Origin: Ranitomeya imitator | Lineage: Eukaryota | Reading direction: 5' to 3' | DNA length: 64,000 bases | NCBI RefSeq assembly: GCF_032444005.1 | Contig: NC_091290.1 | Coordinates: 146,630,001 to 146,694,000 of the forward strand | Position numbers and translations under genes: made by a program | Part shown: positions 56,201 through 64,000 of the stretch, in pieces | Numbering within the stretch: the first letter of the stretch is position 1 | Layout of the letters: each line of letters starts with the position of its first letter | The notes under the pieces: generated by a model | The model's database searches: none | What the model was told of the DNA's origin: nothing | The model's input: the letters and a program-made list of their open reading frames with translations, nothing else

Positions 56201-59200
56201 CCTGGTACCAGCTTGTAACGCTGATCTCTGTTCACATTGGTAGATTGGCACCAGCTGCAGTCGCACTTATCTGGATTTTGATGCTTGGTATGGCGATGTT
56301 GAGGCTATCAAGCACTGGCAATCCTTCATTTCACTGATTGTTGGGATCCCCGGGGTGGTGTTGTGACTGATCATACACTGATGGGTAATCCTGAAGGTGG
56401 ATATAAATATGATATTATAGAAAATCCTTTTTAAGGGGAACCTGTCACCCCCAAAATCGAAGATGAGCTAAGCCCACCAGTGGCTTATCTAGAGCATTCT
56501 GGAATGCTGTAGATAAGCCCCGATGTATCCTGAAAGATGAGAAAAAGAGGTTATATTATACTCACTCAGGGGCGTGTCCGGTCTAGTCCGATGGGTGTCG
56601 CGGTCCGGGGCCTTCTATCTTCATAGGATGATGTCTCTTCTTGTATTCACGCTCCAGCATTTTTTGTCTGACCTGTTGAGGGCAGAGAAAAGTACTGCAG
56701 TGCGCAGGCGCCGGGAACAGTCAGAGGCCCAGCGCCTGCACACTGCAGTACTTTACTGTGCCCTCAACAGGGAAGTCAAAGTACGCCTGTGCCGGAGCCG
56801 CAGCGGGAAGACGAGAAGAGGATGTCATCGTATGAAGATAGGAGGCGCCGGACCACGACGCCCAGGTGAGTATAATCTAACCTCTTTTTCTCATCTTTCA
56901 GGATACATCGGGGGCTTATCTACAGCATTACAGCATGCTGTAGATAAGCCCCTGATGCTGATTGGCTTAGCTCACCTTTGATTTTGATATATATTTTCCA
57001 ACAGTGGAATTACCACCTCCAAATAACAATTACGTCTCATATCCACCATGCATATTGCTGGTAAAAAGAGACATGGGTAAATCAATGTGTTATTTAAAGA
57101 TATCCGTTATAAAATAAAGCAAGACAAGGAGATTTCATAAAATTACTGGGGATAAACCAGGTAAAAAAAGAACTGAGAAGAATGGGAATACCAAATCTGT
57201 AGCTGAGGCACTGTCTATAATACTCATTCGATAATACGTAAACTATTTAGCACTATGCATTTTGATTATCGTAAGAGCAAAATAGTATTAGTTTTTATAA
57301 CAGATTATTAAGTAAAAAGTATCTAGTGAAAAAAAAAAAAAATGAATAAAAAAAAAGTGCCTCAATCAGATCATCACCCATAACCCCCATTGATTCTTAC
57401 TTGCATGATCATTAGTCCTGTCCCGGATACCGATCAGTCACCCCGACAGCGCCGTTTCGCCCTATTGGCTTTCTCTTTTAGGGGCATGTGTATATAATTA
57501 TTATTATTTATTTATTTTTTTTTCTTTCACTGACACATCTCAGCGCCCGGTTGACGCATGCGCAGATCAGGACAACCCTGTGACTTCCTGCTCCGCTCAT
57601 TATGTGACGTAGAGCGTTTCACGCTTGCGTTCCAGGCGCGGAGAACAGGAAGTCACTGTTTACATTGAGGGAAGTCCACGGATCGACGCATGCGCAAACA
57701 CAGACCGGTACGCTGACATTGAGATCAGCTGTGTACGGGGGGATAAATAGATGGGTGCAATACAGCGTACACATATGCCCCTAATTGAGGAAGCAAATAT
57801 GGCGAAACTGCGCGGTCAGGGTGACTGATGGGTATCCGGGACAGGACTAATGCTCATGTAAGTAAGGGGATACATGGGGTTATGGGTGATAATGCTTATC
57901 ATACTTACGATCCACTTTTTTCACTAGACACTTTTTACTTAATCTGTTATGAAAACTAATACTATTTTGCTCTTATGATGATTAACTATTTAGCACTATG
58001 CATTTTGATTAAGTATTATCGAATGAGCCACATTATAGACAGTGCTTCAGTTACAGATTTGGTATTCCCATTCCCCTCAGTTTTTTTTTTTTTTTTTTTT
58101 TACCTGGTTTACCCTCAGTAATTTTATGAAGTCTCCTTGTCTTGTTTTGTTATTATATTTGTTAAACTGATATTTTTAAATAACACATTGATTTTACCTA
58201 TACTTTATTTTTTCACCTCCAAAAAAATGCACCGAAAAAAAGTCCGGAAAAATGAGTGTTATTGCCAGGAGGCTGCAAAAAGGCAACGTGTGAACACGAC
58301 CTGATGGGGTAACGTGTCCCTGTATCTAGTTATCCACATGTGGTGAGGACGCGGGGGCTTTATACATGTCACACGGAGTTGAGGGTCCGTTCGTTTTTTC
58401 CTGTTTCCACACCCAGTAATGTGATGAATGTTGTCCTGCAGATTATGGATGATCAGTCGTGTCTGCACAGGCCCCACTAAGGATCCTGCACCAGAGGTGA
58501 CTTATTTCTGGACACATTTTGTCTTTCTGTGCATAGATTGGTGTAACGCTGTCCTGGTTTCCCCGGAGGGTCCCAGATGTTGGATCCTTTGTCACACAAT
58601 GTCCTAGTCATTATATCGATCAAGGACATACAAAGAAATCGGAGACTCAGCAGGGAGTCGCCTCTATTACTATGTAAATCACAGTGATATGCAGGGGGCT
58701 AAGCGGCACTTGTACTGGGGAAATAATTAGACAGGTGGTCTATGTAATTGCCATCTAGTGAAACGGACACCAGAAATGAGCCTTCTCCCTGGAGTCTGCT
58801 CAGTTGGAGGGGCTGCCCCAAACCCCCCCCCCCCCCCCCCGTCATGCTTTAGGCTCGCAGACAGTCCCATGTAATAAAGTACTCTCAGACAGTCCCATGT
58901 AATAGAGTACACTGAGCGTTATCTGAATTACACGTGTAATATTCCTCCTGTCCGTCTTACAGGTTACGGATGGGATTTCATTTACCGATCCACAAGATGA
59001 AGAGAGACCTCAAATGGATCGAGACATGCAAGAGAATCCCCCCACAGGCTCCCGATGGCTTCCCCAGGATAAATTGAAGGGACCATTAACAAGTCCAGAC
59101 GTAAATCTCACTGATGGTCTTCCCTGTAGTAGCAAGATGGGTGACTGCACTGAATCTATGGCCGATCCGATATCATGTGTCATCAAGCAAGTGAGTGAAA

Positions 59201-60002
59201 TCGGCCCCAAGACGTCACCCCGTAACAAGCGTTCCATTGTAACCTCACAAGAAGGGAACACATTGAAGCGACAGTCTGGTGACCCAGGACATCTGTGCGG
59301 CGATACTAAATGCGGGGGCTTGGGATACAGAGGGAAGACGAAACCAGACGGATCGGGAGTGACGCCGGGGTTCATTCTTGTATGTGAGGCCACTGAACAG
59401 AAGCTGCTGGGGCATCACAACTACAGTAAATTATCATACAGCCCCCCGACGCTGGATAACACCACGGCCTGTGCTGGAGGTGAGCGCCACTGTATGTAGA
59501 CGAGCCCAGCTGTGTCTCCAGTGTGTGATACTTGTAGTAGTCTATTTAGTCCTAGCTTTATCTGATATTCCAGATTATCACATGCTTAGCATTTATCTCT
59601 GACCCTTTGTCTCTTGCATTAGCTCCTGGGGATCTTGGGGCCATTCTCTGGGTACAACACCGCCTCTTGCTGGCCACTGATGGGAGCGCCACAGCCTTTC
59701 GCGACAGTGTGATATACACTAGTGAGATGGATATCCCAGCGTGTGCGGAGGGGACTGCAGAAGGTAAAGCGGCCCTAGCATCGTCTCCTAAATCATATCC
59801 GTATAGTCCAGTTTCATCGCTGTCCTTTTCTTGTGTTTGTTTCTCAGATTTATTCTTCCTTACTTTTAATATGTCACATAAAGAGATCTGGTATGGCAGG
59901 CAGTGCCATTCCTGTCTGACCAGCATCATCCTGGATTGTATCCGACGCAAGACCCCCAAACACCTTCTCTGTAAAGTAATGAGACTTTTAAGCATGTACT
60001 GG
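39132..60002 (+). CDS. KCTD19: BTB/POZ domain protein KCTD19, 3'-partial (798 codons seen)
   Basis: Exons: 39132-39188 (tentative), 41446-41733, 43354-43507, 43605-43796, 43908-44039, 44174-44393, 45975-46126, 48747-48850, 50538-50680, 55946-56029, 58442-58496, 58963-59479, 59623-59763, 59848-60002. All are in phase. Motifs include [90 protein letters not shown] and [10 protein letters not shown]. The remaining exons lie beyond the window. Confidence 0.93.
39262..41335. repeat. CpG-rich 34-bp minisatellite with ~23 perfect CRE palindromes (TGACGTCA), grading into a 32-bp CRE-less variant after ~40925
   Basis: The unit is GTAGTGCCTGAGGCGGCCGGYGGTGACGTCATGT. CREs were counted by eye. Confidence 0.95.
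41750..42622 (-). mobile_element. Degraded copy of the TTAA/hairpin element family
   Basis: It shares CCCAAAATGGTATCAATAAAAAC and TACACTATATGGTAAA..AAAGTACAACTCGTCC with the other copies and ends AAGGGGTTGA. Confidence 0.6.
43010..43275. repeat. Degenerate ~40-bp tandem repeat
   Basis: Recurrent CCCCAGATGACC/CTTTCAGTGTA motifs. Confidence 0.6.
44442..45013. mobile_element. T2/Kolobok-type foldback MITE
   Basis: TTAA at 44438-44441 and 45014-45017. TIRs of ~100 bp start AGGGAGTCTGTCACCCCCA, and the interior is also palindromic. Confidence 0.9.
45170..45285 (+). mobile_element. Tc1 transposase C-terminal fragment
   Basis: Reads CVEEWAK, then [17 protein letters not shown] across a frameshift. 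Confidence 0.6.
45540..45870 (-). mobile_element. Penelope-like element end with a minimal hammerhead-ribozyme-like motif at 45580-45616
   Basis: The minus strand reads GCA-CTGATGA-GGGG-CAGAT-TCCC-A-GAAAC-ACA-TC-TGC. Confidence 0.55.
46437..48657. mobile_element. Large foldback element: ~600-bp inverted arms and ~1-kb spacer, probably Penelope-like derived
   Basis: 46437-47038 is the reverse complement of 48042-48657 with scattered mismatches. Each arm carries a GCGAAAC(G/A)CGCGTCGGGG-type motif. Confidence 0.8.
49101..49953. mobile_element. PIF/Harbinger-type MITE with a central palindrome
   Basis: Ends are GGTTATGTGCAC...GTGCACATAACC. An internal imperfect palindrome is centred on TCTCGCGAGA (49507-49516). 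Confidence 0.7.
50946..52240 (+). mobile_element. TTAA-flanked non-autonomous piggyBac-type element (1295 bp) with a terminal hairpin train
   Basis: TTAA (50942-50945)-CCCCTT ... AAGGGG-TTAA (52241-52244). No ORF. Confidence 0.88.
52303..52476. other. Assembly gap (174 N)
   Basis: Run of N. Confidence 1.
52477..54135 (+). mobile_element. piggyBac (PGBD4-like) transposon relic: hairpin-rich subterminal region and broken transposase
   Basis: From ~53480 pieces read [53 protein letters not shown] and [13 protein letters not shown], with frameshifts and deletions. Confidence 0.82.
54136..54380 (-). mobile_element. Possible Penelope-like terminal fragment
   Basis: The minus strand reads ATGATTAAGACC..GGAAACATGT followed by AATAAAACACTTTT. 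This is motif-level resemblance only. Confidence 0.35.
54395..55100 (+). mobile_element. L1-type LINE 3' fragment
   Basis: Reads [11 protein letters not shown] (CCHC-like) and [12 protein letters not shown], followed by an AT-rich 3' UTR ending in AATAAA. Confidence 0.6.
55106..55830 (+). mobile_element. piggyBac-type deletion derivative keeping the C-terminal cysteine-rich domain
   Basis: Starts TTAA-CCCT. About 55430-55535 reads [21 protein letters not shown]. Confidence 0.6.
56435..56987. mobile_element. Second copy of the 44442 foldback MITE, with the right end truncated
   Basis: TTAA-GGGGAACCTGTCACCCCCA start and the same GCTTATCTACAGCATT..ATGCTGTAGATAAGCCC palindromes. Confidence 0.85.
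57074..58199. mobile_element. Second foldback element (~420-bp arms, ~270-bp spacer) with hammerhead-like motifs
   Basis: 57074-57492 is the reverse complement of 57768-58199. GCGAAAC..GTC(G/A)GGG motifs lie near the inner ends. Confidence 0.75.
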
Positions 60003-60352
60003 GTAAGTCTACAAGACGTTGCATTATCAAGGTGGTAGAGGGTCCGACCCCGGCCAGACAGCGGTGTCAGTGTGCCAGCCTGACGCCACTACACTTTGGC
60101 TATATTCACACATTCTATGTGCAGAGACCGGCCGCAGCGGACAAGCTGGGAATCTGAGGGCTCCGGTGATGTCAGTGTGTACAGGGCTGAGGTCAGGAGT
60201 GTGGGCCAGGGAGGCAAATGCCCCCCCACCGGGCCACTCACCCAGCAGCTGTACAGGGTCGGCCGCCCGATGGGCGCTCACAGCAAACCGCACGGCCATG
60301 TCTGCTGTGCTGTACTGCACAGTTGCGGCTGGCAGCAGGGTTGCATCTAGAT

Positions 60353-60432
60353 CAGAGAATATATCTATATCTATATCTATATCTATATCTATATCTCTAT
60401 ATCTATATCTATATCTAGATCTATATCTATCT
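60353..60432. repeat. (ATATCT)n microsatellite
   Basis: Direct inspection. Confidence 0.95.
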
Positions 60433-60665
60433 CTCTATCGACTGGGACCATCATCCTATATATGTGGAGAGAAACTGGGGCATCCTACTAGATAAATGGG
60501 GGGGGAACTTGGGCCATCGTTATATCTCTCTAGGGTCCTCAATGTATAATAAGGGCTTTGGGGACCAACTTTATGTGTATTGGGGGCTGTAGGACCATAA
60601 TTCTGTATATACAGAGCGGTGTGAGCACTCAGAAGACCTCATTTGTTATAAATGGCACAATTTTT

Positions 60666-63600
60666 TTTCTTTATCGCCTCTCATTGGGGGACACAGGAAC
60701 CATGGGTGTATGCTGCTGCCACTAGGAGGCTGACACTATGCAAATAAAAAAGTTAGCTCCTCCTCTGCAGTATACACCCCACCGACTGGCATTATACTCT
60801 TCAGTTTAGCTTAGTGTCAGTAGGAGGTGGACACGGGTCTTTCATTAGACCCTGATCTACCTCAATGTGCGTCGTTTCTTTTCAGGTTTTTCCGGAGGGA
60901 TACAGGGTGAGCAGTCACACCTGTACTCCCACAATGCGGACTATGAGTACGGCGTGTACTGCCACCCCGTATCCTCATAGATCCCTCACCAGGACCAAGA
61001 TCCTAGCACACCAGCGTGCTTAGAAGTCCGGTCCTGGCTCCGTCCCCCACCCACTCGCCCACCAGAGCCTGTCGGTTGCGGAGACGAGGACGTCCATCAG
61101 CTCCCTGGACGTCTCATTTTTTTCCAGGTTAGTACCGGCGTGGGATGTCTAAGGTGAGTATTTTTTATTTATTTTTTTCTGCGGCCCTGTATCCTCAAAA
61201 AGGGGGTGCCTGTTAAGGGGTTCATTATGTGGGTCACATTTGTTCCCAGCTGCCGCGCCTATTCGGCTGCGGCCGCCCTCTCTCCTAGTTCCGGCGCGGC
61301 TGCCTTTTCGGTCTACTGCGCCGCTTATTATCTGTCACTGCGCTGTGCTCTCAGCGGCCTCCTTAAAAGCGCGGCCGTGCCACACCGCTTCGGGCCCCTG
61401 CGGCTTCCCTGCTCCGGCGCTGTAAGCGTCCGTTCCTTTCCTCTGAGCGCGGCGGCTTTGCCAGCCGCCACATCGCTTTGGCCCCCGGCGTTCTCCCTGC
61501 TCCTACAGCGGCCATTCTTTTTCATCAGCGCGGGGGCTCTGACAGCCACCGCATTTCTCCACCACTACTATCCGGCCACGGTAAGCGGCCGTTCCTTCTC
61601 CCTCAGCGTGGCGGCCTGCCAGGTCGCCACACTGCTTGGGCATGCGGCCGCTGTTAACGGTCGCTCACCTGCCGCATCGCTTCCTCCATGCGGCGCACTG
61701 TGCCTACGCCGCGGCCCTTCTCCGCCGGTCTCCTATTCCTAATTTAGGCCCCGGCTTCTGCCCGGGCCTACTTCCGGTGGCGGGCTCCGCCCCCTTCCCT
61801 CTTTCATCGGGCGGGCTTTTCTCCCGCCCGACAATTGCACTGAGGCACCGCCTCTTTTCCCTGCCCACCAGCGCCATCTTGGGACTCCCTAGCCACGAGC
61901 CCTCTCCTCCACACAGGATACAAGACAGCCGCAGATCGGCAAAATTGCGCCAGGAGGCCATTCCACACTCCTGCCTAAGGGTCCACTTCTCGCCAGAGGT
62001 CCATGCATGGTCAGCTTCACTCCGCAATCCGTCTGCCGTGAGTAGTTCTGCAATTGCAGACTGACACTCCCCTCTGTCCCCTAACCCTCTTGCATTTTCT
62101 TCACGGACCTCTCTAAAATGGGTAACTCTAAAGGGGGCCGCTCTCTTCCTCCTACTTCATCCTCCGCTCTGTCAGGCCTGCAGCAACCCGATTGTTCCCA
62201 CCGCCCAGGATCCTCCGGCCGGTCCGCCCGAGAGTGATACCCCCATCCCAGGCTGGGTTTTCTCTGTCTCAATCGGTGGCCGATCTAATGCGGGTGTCTC
62301 AAAATTTCTGTTATCCGTGCTGGACCGATTACCTCCGCAGCCCCCACAGTGGCCAGCGGGTTGCAGGAGCCTCCGCCCGAGCCCTCCTTGATAAGCCGCA
62401 AAAGGTCCAGACAGGAACATCGGTCTGAGTCCTCTTCTCGCTCCATCTCGCCACACGGTCCTCCTCTGCGGTCGGCGTCCTCCCGATCCTTCTCCCCTGA
62501 ATCAGGCGAGGCGTTATCTGATGAGCCCTCAGAGGACATTTCGGAGCTGGATTCTAACCAAATCGCCACCGTGAGGGATATGGTCCAGAATCTCATTGGA
62601 GCTATAAACCAAACCTGTGGCATTATGGATCCCTCTACGGAACCCGCAGATCAGGCGGTTTCGTTTAGACGGGCTATACCACCTAAGTTTTTCTCCAGAA
62701 CTTACTGCCAATTGGACGGTCTCCCCCTCGGTGGATCCCCGTTTCCAGGCTCTCCACCAACACGGTGTTTCCACTGTCCGGCGGAGCAGCCCTGAAGGAC
62801 TTTAACGATAGTTATAGAGTCCTTTGCGAAGTCAGCCTTTTGAGGCAGCTGCAGCCGCTTCAAATGCCCAGTTTTTGCTTCCACCTGGGTTTCGAAATCC
62901 CTTTCCAAATGGGCCAAAGAGCTCCGTCGAGATATCCTGGACAGAGCGCCTCCTGAGCAACTGGCGGAGTTTGCCATCCAGATTTCCCACGCGAGTGAAT
63001 ACCTGGTCTCCGTCTCTCTGGATGCCGCGTCTTGTGCGGCTCAGGCGTCCAGCAATGCCGTTACCATCCGCCGGACAGTTTTGGCTCAAGGCCTGGGGGG
63101 CAGACTTATGTTCCAAAAAGTCCCGCACCAGTCTCTCCTTTCAGGGCTCACGTCTCTTTGGTTCCAAGCTGGACCAAATCATTAAGGACGCCACCGGGGG
63201 TACAAGTCCCCTCTCCCCCAGGCTAATCCTCGTCGCCCTCTTCCTAGACGGCAGTTTTGGTCTTTTCGGCCTTTTTCATCGCCTCACGGCACCAACCTCC
63301 TTTTCTCAGCAGCACCAGAGTCCACAGGCACGTCAAGAGAAGAAAGCGGTGCCCTTTAGGCCCACTCCGTCCTGACGTCCTCGCTACTCCCCGGGTAGAT
63401 CCTCCAGGCCAGGACTGGAAGATCCACCTCAGCATGACTCTGACAAGACTCCAACCCACCTCCCAGGTTGGGTGGCCGTCTTCTCTTTTTCAGGGACGTC
63501 TGCACCTCCGCAGTAGAGGATGCATGGGTCAGGGAAGTTGTATCCTCGGGATACAAGATAGAGTTCGTTTTCACGACCCCGGGATCGTTTCTTCGAATCC

Positions 63601-64000
63601 CGACCTCCCAGAGATCCCGCTCTAGTTCCGGGTTTCCTCGCAGCCATCGCTTCTCTTCTCAAAGCCGGGGAAATCGTTCCCGTCCCAGGAAAAGAACGGT
63701 TCACAGGTTTCTACTCGAACCTTTTTGTGGTACCAAAAAAAAAAAGACTGCAAGGTTCGCCCCATTCTGGACCTCAGATTACTGAACAGGAGAGTTCGTC
63801 TGAGACACTTCGGGATGGAATCCCTTCGTTCAATAATTGCTCCCATGCAGGCTCAAGAATTTGTGTTCCATAGATATTCAGGACGCCTACCTCCATGTCC
63901 CGATATTTCCTGGACGTCACCGATTCCTGCGCTTTGCGGTGCTCCCGGTACATTTTCAATCCGTTGCCCTGCCGTTCGGTCCCACAACCGCTCCAAGGGT
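60666..64000 (+). mobile_element. Second, decayed DIRS1-type retrotransposon of a different family, truncated by the window edge
   Basis: It starts in a T-run with an ITR-like TTTCTTTATCGCCTCTCATTGGGGGACACAGG. Gag remnants read PLCQAC and RLFGSKLDQII..ATGG. RT remnants read VGGRLLFF, VVSSGYKIEF, FYSNLFVVP, RPILDL, IDIQDAYLHVPI and ALPFG, with frameshifts. Confidence 0.9.

Noticed and set aside
45580-57830. Selective inactivation of sense-strand hammerheads to protect KCTD19 mRNA
   Set aside because: The antisense arms are equally degenerate, and the core changes are shared by both arms.

Overview
This is eukaryotic (vertebrate) genomic DNA, most plausibly from a frog or toad. That assignment is inferred from the protein sequences and the TE repertoire. 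Three intron-containing genes were reconstructed by hand from GT-AG boundaries and phase arithmetic. AKTIP is on + (9 coding exons, 292 aa, complete). LRRC36 is on - (14 exons, 689 aa, complete, tail-to-tail with AKTIP). KCTD19 is on + (14 exons seen, head-to-head with LRRC36, running off the right edge). The introns are packed with mobile DNA: a structurally complete DIRS1-type tyrosine-recombinase retrotransposon (ITRs, ICR, gag, RT-RH-MT, YR) in AKTIP intron 7; a second decayed DIRS; a Tc1 transposon with an open ORF and apparently perfect 200-bp TIRs; a decayed Tc1; piggyBac relics; TTAA-flanked and Harbinger-type MITEs; L2 and L1 fragments; and Penelope-like pieces with hammerhead-ribozyme-like motifs. 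About 12 kb (~19%) is minisatellite, and there are two assembly gaps. The strongest leads are: (1) a 2-kb tandem array with ~23 perfect CRE palindromes at the LRRC36/KCTD19 bidirectional promoter; (2) a TTAA-flanked element ending in a train of ~10 back-to-back hairpins, with a compensatory change between copies; (3) a DIRS gag that seems to need splicing; (4) a 3-kb minisatellite amplified from a splice-donor junction; (5) two foldback elements with mirror-image hammerhead-like motifs in KCTD19 introns. Most long ORFs in the supplied track are repeat artefacts. All coordinates were counted by eye and no database search was run.
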